Shown here one piece after another: positions 1 to 13,600 of a stretch of DNA of 64,000 nt. A model generated the notes under the pieces. That model saw only the letters and a program-made list of their open reading frames with translations. It made no database searches and had not been told where the DNA came from. A program made the translations under genes and the position numbers. This DNA comes from Eledone cirrhosa (taxonomy: Eukaryota), in NCBI GenBank assembly GCA_964016885.1, contig OZ024744.1, positions 17,980,001 through 18,044,000 on the forward strand, read 5' to 3'. Positions within the stretch are counted from its first letter, which is position 1. Each line of letters begins with the position of its first letter.

Positions 1-849
1 GTGTATGTCAGTGTGTGTTTCTGTATGTCTGTGTGACTGTGTATGTCACTGTTTGTTTGTGTATGTCTGTGTCACTGTGTGTGTTTCTGTATGTCTGTGT
101 CACTGTGCATGTCATTGTATCTTTGTGTATGTCTGTATCACTGTGTATGTCACTGTATCTTTGTGTATGTCTGTGTCACTCTGTATGTCACTGTGTGTTT
201 CTGCATGTCTGTGTCACTGTGTATGTCATTGTGTGTTTCTGTATGTCTGTGTCACTGTGTATGTCACTGTATGTTTCTGTATGTCTGTTTCACTGTGTAT
301 GTCACTGTGTGTTTCTGTATGTCTCTGTCACTCTGTATGTCACTGTATATTTCTTATGTCTGTGTCACTGTGTATGTCACTGTATGTTTCTGTATGTCTG
401 TGTCACTGTGTATGTCACTGTATGTTTCTGTATGTCTGTGTCACTGTGTATGTCACTGTATCTTTGTGTATGAATGTGTCCCTATGTATGTCACTGTATG
501 TTTCTGTATGTCTGTGTCTCTGTGTATGTCACTGTGTGTTTCTGTATGTCTGTGTCACTGTGTATGTCACTGTATCTTTGTGTATGTCTGTGTCACCGTG
601 TATGTCACTGTATGTTTCTGTATGTCTGTCACTGTGTATATCACTGTATGTTTCTGTATGTCTGTTTCACTGTATATGTCACTGTATGTTTCTCTATGTC
701 TGTGTCACTGTGTATGTCACTGTATCTTTGTGTATGTCTGTGTCACGGTGTATGTCACTGTATGTCTGTGTGTGTCTGTGTCACTGTGTATGTCACTGTG
801 TGTTTGTGTATGTCTGTGTCACTGTATGTTTATGTATGTCCGTGTCACT

Positions 850-3545
850 GTGTATGTCACTGTGTGTTTCTGTATGTATGTGTCACTGTGTATGTCACTG
901 TATGTGTGTGTATGTCTGTGTCACGGTATATGTCACTGTATCTTTGTGTATGCCTGTGTCACTGTGTATGTCACTGTGTATGTCAATGTCTCTGTGTGTA
1001 TCTGTATGTCTGTGTCTCTGTGTATGTCACTGTATCTTTGTGTATGTATGTGTCACTGTGTATGTCACTGTGTGTTTCTGTATGTCTGTGTCACTGTGTA
1101 TGTCACTGTGTGTTTCTGCATGTCAGTGTCACTGTGTATGTCACTGTGTGTTTCTGTATGTCTGTGTCACTGTGTATGTCACTGTGTGTTTCTGTATGTC
1201 TGTGTCACTGTGTATGTCACTGAGAGTTTCTGTATGTCTGTGTCACTATGTATGTCGCTGTATGTTTGTGTTGTCTGTGTCACTGTGTATGTCACTGGGT
1301 GTTTCTGTATGTCTGTGTCACTGTGTACGTCACTGTGCGTTTCTGTATGTATGTATCACTGTGTATGTCACTGTGTGTCTCTGTATGTCTGTGTCACTGT
1401 CTATGTCACTGTATCTTTGTGTATGTCTGTGTCACTGTGTATGTCAATGTGTGTTTCTGTATGTATGTGTCTCTGTGTATGTCACTGTATCTTTGCGTAT
1501 GTATGTGTCACTGTGTATGTCACTGTGTGTTTCTGTATGTCTGTGTCACTGTGTATGTCACTGTGTGTTTCTGTATATCTGTGTCTCTGTGTATGTCACT
1601 GTATCTTTGTGTATGTCTGTGTCACTGTGTATGTCACTGTATCTTTGTGTATGTTTGTGTCACGGTGTATATCACTGTATGTTTGTGTATGTCTGTGTCA
1701 CTCTATATGTCACTGTACGTTTGTGTATGTCTGTGTGACTGTATATGTCACTGTATGTTTCTGTATGTCTGTGTCACGGTGTATGTCACTGTGTGTTTCT
1801 GTATGTCTGTGTCACTGTGTATGTCACTGTATCTTTGTGTATGTCTGTGTCACTGTGTACGTCACTGTGTGTTTCTGTATGTATGTGTCACTGTCTATGT
1901 CACTGTATGTTTCTGAATGTCTGTGTCACTGTGTATGTCACTTTGTGTTTCTGTATGTCTGTGTCACGGTGTGTGTCACTGTATGTTTGTGTGTGTCTGT
2001 GTCACTGTGTATGTCACTGTGTGTTTCTGTATGTCTGTGTCACCGTGTATGTCACTGTATCTTTGTGTATGCCTGTGTCACTGTGTATGTCACTGTGTGA
2101 TTATGTATGTCTGTGTCACTGTGTATGTCACTGTGTGTTTCTGTATGTTTGTGTCACTGTGTATGTCACTAAATGTTTGTGTGTGTCTGTGTCTCTGTCT
2201 ATGTCACTGTATGTTTCTGTATGTCTGTTTCACTCTATATGTCACTGTATGTTTCTCTATGTCTGTGTCACTGTGTATGTCACTGTATCTTTGTGTATGT
2301 ATGTGTCCCTGTGTATGTCACTGTATGTTTCTGTATGTCTGTGTCACTGTGTATATCACTGTATGTTTCTGTATGTCTGTGTCACTGTCTATCTCACTGT
2401 GTGTTTCTGAATGTCTGCGTCACTGTGTATGTCACTGTGCGTTTCTGTATGTCTGTGTCACGGTGTATGTCACTGTATGTTTGTGTGTGTCTGTGTCACT
2501 GTGTATGTCACTGTGTGTTTCTGTATGTATGTGTCACTGTGTATGTCACTGTATGTGTGTGTATGTCTGTGTCACGGTGTATGTCACTGTATCTTTGTGT
2601 ATGCCTGTGTCACTGTGTATGTCACTGTGTATGTCAATGTCTCTGTGTGTTTCTGTATGTCTGTGTCTCTGTGTATGTCACTGTATCTTTGTGCATGTAT
2701 GTGTCACTGTGTATGTCACTGTGTGTTTCTCTATGTCTGTGTCACTGTGTATGTCTCTGTGTGTTTCTGCACGTCAGTGTCACTGTGTATGTCACTGTGT
2801 GTTTCTGTATGTCTGTGTCACTGTGTATGTCACTGTGTGTTTCTGTATGTCTGTGTCACTATGTATGTCGCTGTATGTTTGTGTTGTCTGTGTCACTGTG
2901 TATGTCACTGGGTGTTTCTGTATGTCTGTGTCACTGTGTACGTCACTGTGCGTTTCTGTATGTATGTATCACTGTGTATGTCACTGTGTGTCTCTGTATG
3001 TCTGTGTCACTGTCTATGTCACTGTATCTTTGTGTATGTCTGTGTCACTGTGTATGTCAATGTGTGTTTCTGTATGTATGTGTCTCTGTGTATGTCACTG
3101 TATCTTTGTGTATGTATGTGTCACTGTGTATGTCACTGTGTGTTTCTGTATGTCTGTGTCACTGTGTATGTCACTGTGTGTTTCTGTATATCTGTGTCGC
3201 TGTGTATGTCACTGTATCTTTGTGTATGTGTGTGTCACTGTGTATGTCACTGTATCTTTGTGTATGTTTGTGTCCCGGTGTATATCACTGTATGTTTGTG
3301 TATGTCTGTGTCACTCTATATGTCACTGAACGTTTGTGTATGTCTGTGTGACTGTATATGTCACTGTATGTTTCTGTATGTCTGTCTCACGGTGTATGTC
3401 ACTGTGTGTTTCTGTATGTCTGTGTCACTGTGTATGTCACTGTATCTTTGTGTATGTCTGTGTCTCTGTGTACGTCACTGTGTGTTTCTGTATGTATGTG
3501 TCACTGTCTATGCCACTGTATGTTTCTGAATGTCTGTGTCACTGT
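850..3545. repeat. ~1.1-kb block present twice (~850-1935 and ~2500-3545), offset 1,613-1,651 bp
   Basis: Markers GTCAATGTCTCTG at 982/2633 (offset 1,651), TTGTC 1-bp deletion at 1271/2884 and CTGAATG at ~1915/3528 (offset 1,613). The 38-bp offset change reflects one monomer missing from the second copy. Confidence 0.8.
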
Positions 3546-3939
3546 GTGTGTTTCTGTATGTCTGTGTCACTGTGCATGTCATTGTATCTTTGTGTATGTC
3601 TGTGTCACTGTGTATGTCACTGTATCTTTGTGTATGTCTGTGTCACTCTGTATGTCACTGTGTGTTTCTGCATGTCTGTGTCACTGTGTATGTCATTGTG
3701 TGTTTCTGTATGTCTGTGTCACTGTGTATGTCACTGTATGTTTCTGTATGTCTGTGTCACTGTGTATGTCATTGTATCTTTGTGTATGTCTGTGTCACTG
3801 TGTATGTCACTGTATCTTTGTGTATGTATGTGTCCCTGTGTATGTCACTGTATGTTTCTGTATGTCTGTGTCACTGTGTATGTCACTGTGTGTTTCTGTA
3901 TGTCTGTGTCACTGTGTATGTCACTGTATCTTTGTTTAT

Positions 3940-4623
3940 GTCTGTGTCACCGTGTATGTCACTGTATGTTTCTGTATGTATGTGTCACTGTGTATGTCAC
4001 TGTATGTTTCTGTATGTCTGTTTCACTGTGTATGTCACTGTGTGTTTCTGCATGTCAGTGTCACTGTGTATGTCAATGTGTGTTTCTGTATGTCTGTGCC
4101 ACTGTATATGTCACTGTATATTTGTGTATGTATGTGTCTCTGTGTATGTCACTGTGTGTTTCTGTATGTCTGTGTCACTGTGTATGTCACTGTGTGTTTC
4201 TGCATGTCAGTGTCACTGTGTATGTCAATGTGTGTTTCTGTATGTCTGTGCCACTGTATATGTCGCTGTATGTTTGTGTATGTCTGTGTCACCGTGTATG
4301 TCACTGTATTTTTCTGTATGTATGTGTCACTGTGTATGTCACTGTATGTTTCTGTATGTCTGTTTCACTGTGTATGTCACTGTGTGTTTCTGCATGTCAG
4401 TGTCACTGTGTATGTCAATGTGTGTTTCTGTATGTCTGTGCCACTGTATATGTCACTGTATATTTGTGTATGTATGTGTCTCTGTGTATGTCACTGTGTG
4501 TTTCTGTATGTCTGTGTCACTGTGTATGTCACTGTGTGTTTCTGCATGTCAGCGTCACTGTGTATGTCAATGTGTGTTTCTGTATGTCTGTGCCACTGTA
4601 TATGTCGCTGTATGTTTGTGTAT
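3940..4623. repeat. 342-bp (9-monomer) tandem duplication containing an internal 152-bp (4-monomer) duplication
   Basis: CATGTCAG...GTCAATG...GTGCCACTGTATA at 4051, 4203, 4393 and 4545. The CACCGTG variant occurs at ~3951 and ~4293. Confidence 0.85.
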
Positions 4624-7600
4624 GTCTGTGTCACTGTGTATGTCACTGTGTGTTTCTGTATGTCTGTGTCACTGTGTATGTCACTGTGTGTTTCTGTATG
4701 TCTGTGTCACTGTGCATGTCACTGAGAGTTTCTGTATGTCTGTGTCACTATGTATGTCGCTGTGTGTTTGTGTTGTCTGTGTCACTGTGTATGTCACTGG
4801 GTGTTTCTGTATGTATGTATCACTGTGTATGTCACTGTGTGTCTCTGTATGTCTGTGTCACTGTGTATGTCTGTGTCACTGTGTATGTCAATGTGTGTTT
4901 CTGTATGTATGTGTCTCTGTGTATGTCACTGTATCTTTGTGTATGTATGTGTCACTGTGTATGTCACTGTGTGTTTGTGTATGCCTGTGTCACTGTGTAT
5001 GTTACTGTGAGTTTCTGTATGTCTGTGTCACTGTGTATGTCACTGTATATTTCTGTATGTCTGTGTCAGTGTGTATGTCACTGGGTGTTTCTGTATGTCT
5101 GTGTCACACTGTATATCACTGTATCTTTGTGTAGGTCTCTGTCACCGTGTATGTCACTGTGAGTTTCTGTATGTCTGTGTCACTGTGTATGTCACAGTGT
5201 GTTTCTGTATGTATGTGTCACTGTGTATGTCACTGTATGTCTCTGTATGTATGTGTCACTGTCTATGTCACTGTATCTTTGTGTATGTCTACGTCACTGT
5301 GTATGTCACTGTGTGTTTCTGTATGTCTGTGTCTCTGTGTATGTCACTGTATCTTTGTGTATGTATGTGTCACTGTGTATGTCACTGTGTGTTTATGTAT
5401 GTCTGTGTCACTGTGTATGTCACTGTGTGTTTCTGTATATCTGTGTCTCTGTGTATGTCACTGTATCTTTGTGTATGTCTGTGTCACTGTGTATGTCACT
5501 GTATATTTGTGTATGTTTGTGTCACGGTGTATATCCCTGTACGTTTGTGTATGTCTGTGTCACTCTATATTTCACTGTACGTTTGTGTATGTCTGTGTGA
5601 CGGTGTATGTCACTGTGTGTTTCTGTATGTCTGTGTCACTGTGTATGTCACTGTATCTTTGTGTATGTCTGTGTCACTGTGTACGTCACTGTGTGTTTCT
5701 GTATGTATGTGTCACTGTCTATGTCACTGTATGTTTCTGAATGTCTGTGTCACTGTGTATGTCACTGTGTGTTTCTGTATGTCTGTGTCACGGTGTATGT
5801 CACTGTATGTTTGTGTGTGTCTGTGTCACAGTTTATGTCACTGCGTGTTTCTGTATGTCTGTGTCACCGTGTATGTCACTGTATCTTTGTGTATGCATGT
5901 GTCACTGTGTATGTCACTGTGTGATTATGTATGTCTGTGTCACTGTGTATGTCACTGTGTGTTTCTGTATGTTTGTGTCACTGTGTATGTCACTAAAGGT
6001 TTGTGTGTGTCTGTGTCTCTGTCTATGTCACTGTGTGTTTGCGTGTGTCTGTGTCACTGTGTATGTCACTGTTTGTTTGTGTATGTCTGTGTCACTGTGT
6101 GTGTTTCTGTATGTCTGTGTCACTGTGCATGTCATTGTATCTTCGTGTATGTCTGTGTCACTGTGTATGTCACTGTATCTTTATGTATGTCTGTGTCACT
6201 GTATGTCACTGTGTGTTTCTGCATGTCTGTGTCACTCTGTATGTCACTGTATATTTCTGTATGTCTGTGTCACTGTGTATGTCACTGTATGTTTCTGTAT
6301 GTCTGTGTCACTGTGTATGTCACTGTATTTTTATGTATGTCTGTGTCACTGTGTATGTCACTGTATCTTCGTGTATGTATGTGTCCCTGTGTATGTCACT
6401 GTATGTTTCTGTATGTCTGTGTCATTGTGTAAGTCACTGTGTGTATCTGTATGTCTGTGTCACTGTGTATGTCAATGTATGTTTGTGTATGTCTGTGTCA
6501 CCGTGTATGTCACTGTATGTTTCTGTATGTCTGTGTCACTGTGTATGTCACTGTATGTTTCTGTATGTCTGTGTCACTGTGTATGTTACTGTATGTTTCT
6601 GTATGTCTGTGTCACTGTGTATGTCACTGTATGTTTCTGTATGTCTGTGTCACTGTGTATATCACTGTATGTTTCTGTATGTCTGTGTCACTGTCTATCT
6701 CACTGTATGTTTCTGAATGTCTGTGTCACTGTGTATGTCACTGTGCGTTTCTGTATGTCTGTGTTACGGTGTATGTCACTGTATGTTTGTGTGTGTATGT
6801 GTCACTGTGTATGTCACTGTGTGTTTGTGTATGTCTGTGTCACTGTGTATGTCACTGTGTGTTTCTGTATGTCTGTGTCACACTGTATATCACTGTATCT
6901 TTGTGTATGTCTGTGGCACTCTGTATGTCAATGTGTGTTTCTGTATGTATGTGTGACTGTCTATGTCACTGTATATTTGTGTATGTCTGTGACACTGTGT
7001 ATGTCAATGTGTGTTTCTGTATGTATGTGTCTCTGTATATGTCACTGTATCTTTGTGTATGTATGTGTCACTGTGTATGTCACTGTGTGTTTGTGTATGA
7101 CTGTGTCACTGTGTATGTTACTGTGAGTTTCTGTATGTCTGTGTCACGGTGTATGTCACTGTATATTTCTGTATGTCCGTGTCAGTGTGTATGTCACTGG
7201 GTGTTTCTGTATGTGTGTGTCACACTGTATATCACTGTATATTTGTGTAGGTCTGTGTCAGCGTGTATGTCACTGTATCTTTATGTATGTCTGTGTCACT
7301 GTGTATGTCACTGTGAGTTTCTGTATGTATGTGTCACTGTGTATGTCACTGTATCTTTATGTATGTCTGTGTCACTGTGTATGTTACTGTGAGTTTCTGT
7401 ATGTCTGTGTCACTGTGTATGTCACTGTATATTTCTGTATGTCTGTGTCAGTGTGTATGTCACTGGGTGTTTCTGTATGTCTGTGTCACACTGTATATCA
7501 CTGTATCTTTGTGTAGGTCTCTGTCACCGTGTATGTCACTGTGAGTTTCTGTATGTCTGTGTCACTGTGTATGTCACAGTGTGTTTCTGTATGTATGTGT

Positions 7601-7624
7601 CACTGTGTATGTCACTGTATGTCT

Positions 7625-10600
7625 CTGTATGTATGTGTCACTGTCTATGTCACTGTATCTTTGTGTATGTCTACGTCACTGTGTATGTCACTGTGTGTTT
7701 CTGTATGTCTGTGTCTCTGTGTATGTCACTGTATCTTTGTGTATGTATGTGTCACTGTGTATGTCACTGTGTGTTTATGTATGTCTGTGTCACTGTGTAT
7801 GTCACTGTGTGTTTCTGTATATCTGTGTCTCTGTGTATGTCACTGTATCTTTGTGTATGTCTGTGTCACTGTGTATGTCACTGTATCTTTGTGTATGTTT
7901 GTGTCACGGTGTATATCCCTGTACGTTTGTGTATGTCTGTGTCACTCTATATGTCACTGTACGTTTGTGTATGTCTGTGTGACTGTGTATGTCACTGTAT
8001 GTTTCTGTATGTCTGTGTCACGGTGTATGTCACTGTGTGTTTCTGTATGTCTGTGTCACTGTGTATGTCACTGTATCTTTGTGTATGTCTGTGTCACTGT
8101 GTACGTCACTGTGTGTTTCTGTATGTATGTGTCACTGTCTATGTCACTGTATGTTTCTGAATGTCTGTGTCACTGTGTATGTCACTGTGTGTTTCTGTAT
8201 GTCTGTGTCACGGTGTATGTCACTGTATGTTTGTGTGTGTCTGTGTCACTGTGTATGTCACTGTGTGTTTCTGTATGTCTGTGTCACCGTGTATGTCACT
8301 GTATCTTTGTGTATGCCTGTGTCACTGTGTATGTCACTGTGTGATTATGTATGTCTGTGTCACTGTGTATGTCACTGTGTGTTTCTGTATGTTTGTGTCA
8401 CTGTGTATGTCACTAAAGGTTTGTGTGTGTCTGTGTCTCTGTCTATGTCACTGTGTGTTTGCGTGTGTCTGTGTCACTGTGTATGTCACTGTTTGTTTGT
8501 GTATGTCTGTGTCACTGTGTGTGTTTCTGTATGTCTGTGCCACTGTGCATGTCATCGTATCTTCGTGTATGTCTGTGTCACTGTGTATGTCACTGTATCT
8601 TTGTGTATGTCTGTGTCACTCTGTATGTCACTGTGTGTTTCTGCATGTCTGTGTCACTCTGTATGTCACTGTATATTTCTGTATGTCTGTGTCACTGTGT
8701 ATGTCACTGTATGTTTCTGTATGTCTGTGTCACTGTGTATGTCACTGTATTTTTATGTATGTCTGTGTCACTGTGTATGTCACTGTATCTTCGTGTATGT
8801 ATGTGTCCCTGTGTATGTCACTGTATGTTTCTGTATGTCTGTGTCATTGTGTATGTCACTGTGTGTATCTGTATGTCTGTGTCACTGTGTATGTCAATGT
8901 ATGTTTGTGTATGTCTGTGTCACCGTGTATGTCACTGTATGTTTCTGTATGTCTGTGTCACTGTGTATGTCACTGTATGTTTCTGTATGTCTGTGTCACT
9001 GTGTATGTCACTGTATGTTTCTGTATGTCTGTGTCACTGTGTATGTCACTGTATGTTTCTGTATGTCTGTGTCACTGTGTATATCACTGTATGTTTCTGT
9101 ATGTCTGTGTCACTGTCTATCTCACTGTATGTTTCTGAATGTCTGTGTCACTGTGTATGTCACTGTGCGTTTCTGTATGTCTGTGTTACGGTGTATGTCA
9201 CTGTATGTTTGTGTGTGTATGTGTCACTGTGTATGTCACTGTGTGTTTGTGTATGTCTGTGTCACTGTGTATGTCACTGTGTGTTTCTCTGTATGTCTGT
9301 GTCACTGTGTAAGTCATTGTATCTTTGTGTATGTCTGTGGCACTCTGTATGTCATTGTGTGTTTCTGTATGTCTGTGTGACTGTCTATGTCACTGTATAT
9401 TTGTGTATGTCTGTGACACTGTGTATGTCAATGTGTGTTTCTGTATGTATGTGTCTCTGTATATGTCACTGTATCTTTGTGTATGTATGTGTCACTGTGT
9501 ATGTCACTGTGTGTTTGTGTATGACTGTGTCACTGTGTATGTTACTGTGAGTTTCTGTATGTCTGTGTCACGGTGTATGTCACTGTATATTTCTGTATGT
9601 CCGTGTCAGTGTGTATGTCACTGGGTGTTTCTGTATGTGTGTGTCACACTGTATATCACTGTATATTTGTGTAGGTCTGTGTCAGCGTGTATGTCACTGT
9701 ATCTTTATGTATGTCTGTGTCACTGTGTATGTCACTGTGAGTTTCTGTATGTATGTGTCACTGTGTATGTCACTGTATCTTTATGTATGTCTGTGTCACT
9801 GTGTATGTCAATGTGTGTTTCTGTATGTCTGTGCCACTGTATATGTCGCTGTATGTTTGTGTATGTCTGTGTCACTGTGTATGTCACTGTGTGTTTCTGT
9901 ATGTCTGTGTCACTGTGTATGTCACTGTGTGTTTCTGTATGTCTGTGTCACTGTGCATGTCACTGAGAGTTTCTGTATGTCTGTGTCACTATGTATGTCG
10001 CTGTATGTTTGTGTTGTCTGTGTCACTGTGTATGTCACTGGGTGTTTCTGTATGTATGTATCACTGTGTATGTCACTGTGTGTCTCTGTATGTCTGTGTC
10101 ACTGTGTATGTCTGTGTCACTGTGTATGTCAATGTGTGTTTCTGTATGTATGTGTCTCTGTGTATGTCACTGTATCTTTGTGTATGTATGTGTCACTGTG
10201 TATGTCACTGTGTGTTTGTGTATGCCTGTGTCACTGTGTATGTTACTGTGAGTTTCTGTATGTCTGTGTCACTGTGTATGTCACTGTATATTTCTGTATG
10301 TCTGTGTCAGTGTGTATGTCACTGGGTGTTTCTGTATGTCTGTGTCACACTGTATATCACTGTATCTTTGTGTAGGTCTCTGTCACCGTGTATGTCACTG
10401 TGAGTTTCTGTATGTCTGTGTCACTGTGTATGTCACAGTGTGTTTCTGTATGTATGTGTCACTGTGTATGTCACTGTATGTCTCTGTATGTATGTGTCAC
10501 TGTCTATGTCACTGTATCTTTGTGTATGTCTACGTCACTGTGTATGTCACTGTGTGTTTCTGTATGTCTGTGTCTCTGTGTATGTCACTGTGTGTTTCTG

Positions 10601-13600
10601 TATGTCTGTGTCTCTGTGTATGTCACTGTATCTTTGTGTATGTATGTGTCACTGTGTATGTCACTGTGTGTTTATGTATGTCTGTGTCACTGTGTATGTC
10701 ACTGTGTGTTTCTGTATATCTGTGTCTCTGTGTATGTCACTGTATCTTTGTGTATGTCTGTGTCACTGTGTATGTCACTGTATCTTTGTGTATGTTTGTG
10801 TCACGGTGTATATCCCTGTACGTTTGTGTATGTCTGTGTCACTCTATATGTCACTGTACGTTTGTGTATGTCTGTGTGACGGTGTATGTCACTGTGTGTT
10901 TCTGTATGTCTGTGTCACTGTGTATGTCACTGTATCTTTGTGTATGTCTGTGTCACTGTGTACGTCACTGTGTGTTTCTGTATGTATGTGTCACTGTCTA
11001 TGTCACTGTATGTTTCTGAATGTCTGTGTCACTGTGTATGTCACTGTGTGTTTCTGTATGTCTGTGTCACGGTGTATGTCACTGTATGTTTGTGTGTGTC
11101 TGTGTCACTGTGTATGTCACTGTGTGTTTCTGTATGTCTGTGTCACCGTGTATGTCACTGTATCTTTGTGTATGCCTGTGTCACTGTGTATGTCACTGTG
11201 TGATTCTGTATGTCTGTGTCACTGTGTATGTCACTGTGTGTTTCTGTATGTTTGTGTCACTGTGTATGTCACTAAAGGTTTGTGTGTGTCTGTGTCTCTG
11301 TCTATGTCACTGTGTGTTTGCGTGTGTCTGTGTCACTGTGTATGTCACTGTTTGTTTGTGTATGTCTGTGTCACTGTGTGTGTTTCTGTATGTCTGTGTC
11401 ACTGTGCATGTCATTGTATCTTCGTGTATGTCTGTGTCACTGTGTATGTCACTGTATCTTTGTGTATGTCTGTGTCACTCTGTATGTCACTGTGTGTTTC
11501 TGCATGTCTGTGTCACTCTGTATGTCACTGTATATTTCTGTATGTCTGTGTCACTGTGTATGTCACTGTATGTTTCTGTATGTCTGTGTCACTGTGTATG
11601 TCACTGTATTTTTATGTATGTCTGTGTCACTGTGTATGTCACTGTATCTTCGTGTATGTATGTGTCCCTGTGTATGTCACTGTATGTTTCTGTATGTCTG
11701 TGTCATTGTGTATGTCACTGTGTGTATCTGTATGTCTGTGTCACTGTGTATGTCAATGTATGTTTGTGTATGTCTGTGCCACCGTGTATGTCACTGTATG
11801 TTTCTGTATGTCTGTGTCACTGTGTATGTCACTGTATGTTTCTGTATGTCTGTGTCACTGTGTATGTCACTGTATGTTTCTGTATGTCTGTGTCACTGTG
11901 TATGTCACTGTATGTTTCTGTATGTCTGTGTCACTGTGTATGTCACTGTATCTTTATGTATGTCTGAGTCACTGTGTATGTCACTGTGAGTTTCTGTATG
12001 TCTGTGTCACTGTGTAAGTCATTGTATCTTTGCGTATGTCTGTGGCACTCTGTATGTCATTGTGTGTTTCTGTATGTCTGTGTGACTGTCTATGTCACTG
12101 TATCTTTGTGTATGTCTGCGTCACTGTGTATGTCACTGTGTGTTTCTGTATGTATGTGTCACTGTCTATGTCACTGTATCTTTGTGTATGTCTACGTCAC
12201 TGTGTATGTCACTGTGTGTTTCTGTATGTCTGTGTCTCTGTGTATGTCACTGTATCTTTGTGTATGTATGTGTCACTGTGTATGTCACTGTGTGTTTATG
12301 TATGTCTGTGTCACTGTGTATGTCACTGTGTGTTTCTGTATATCTGTGTCTCTGTGTATGTCACTGTATCTTTGTGTATGTCTGTGTCACTGTGTATGTC
12401 ACTGTATCTTTGTGTATGTTTGTGTCACGGTGTATATCCCTGTACGTTTGTGTATGTCTGTGTCACTCTATATGTCACTGTACGTTTGTGTATGTCTGTG
12501 TGACTGTGTATGTCACTGTATGTTTCTGTATGTCTGTGTCACGGTGTATGTCACTGTGTGTTTCTGTATGTCTGTGTCACTGTGTATGTCACTGTATCTT
12601 TGTGTATGTCTGTGTCACTGTGTACGTCACTGTGTGTTTCTGTATGTATGTGTCACTGTCTATGTCACTGTATGTTTCTGAATGTCTGTGTCACTATGTA
12701 TGTCACTGTGTGTTTCTGTATGTCTGTGTCACGGTGTATGTCACTGTATGTTTGTGTGTGCCTGTGTCACTGTGTATGTCACTGTGTGTTTCTGTATGTC
12801 TGTGTCACCGTGTATGTCACTGTATCTTTGTGTATGCCTGTGTCACTGTGTATGTCACTGTGTGATTATGTATGTCTGTGTCACTGTGTATGTCACTGTG
12901 TGTTTCTGTATGTTTGTGTCACTGTGTATGTCACTAAAGGTTTGTGTGTGTCTGTGTCTCTGTCTATGTCACTGTGTGTTTGCGTGTGTCTGTGTCACTG
13001 TGTATGTCACTGTTTGTTTGTGTATGTCTGTGTCACTGTGTGTGTTTCTGTATGTCTGTGTCACTGTGCATGTCATTGTATCTTCGTGTATGTCTGTGTC
13101 ACTGTGTATGTCACTGTATCTTTGTGTATGTCTGTGTCACTATGTATGTCACTGTGTGTTTCTGCATGTCTGTGTCACTCTGTATGTCACTGTATATTTC
13201 TGTATGTCTGTGTCACTGTGTATGTCACTGTATGTTTCTGTATGTCTGTGTCACTGTGTATGTCACTGTATTTTTATGTATGTCTGTGTCACTGTGTATG
13301 TCACTGTATCTTCGTGTATGTATGTGTCCCTGTGTATGTCACTGTATGTTTCTGTATGTCTGTGTCATTGTGTATGTCACTGTGTGTATCTGTATGTCTG
13401 TGTCACTGTGTATGTCAATGTATGTTTGTGTATGTCTGTGTCACCGTGTATGTCACTGTATGTTTCTGTATGTCTGTGTCACTGTGTATGTCACTGTATG
13501 TTTCTGTATGTCTGTGTCACTGTGTATGTCACTGTATGTTTCTGTATGTCTGTGTCACTGTGTATGTCACTGTATGTTTCTGTATGTCTGTGTCACTGTG

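Noticed and set aside
5181-5199. CACTGTG-TATGT-CACAGTG inverted heptamers resembling an RSS signal joint or hairpin (recurs at ~7563, 10420, 16100 and elsewhere)
   Set aside because: A single T>A substitution in the normal monomer explains it. The flanking sequence keeps the same polarity, so it is not a recombination junction.
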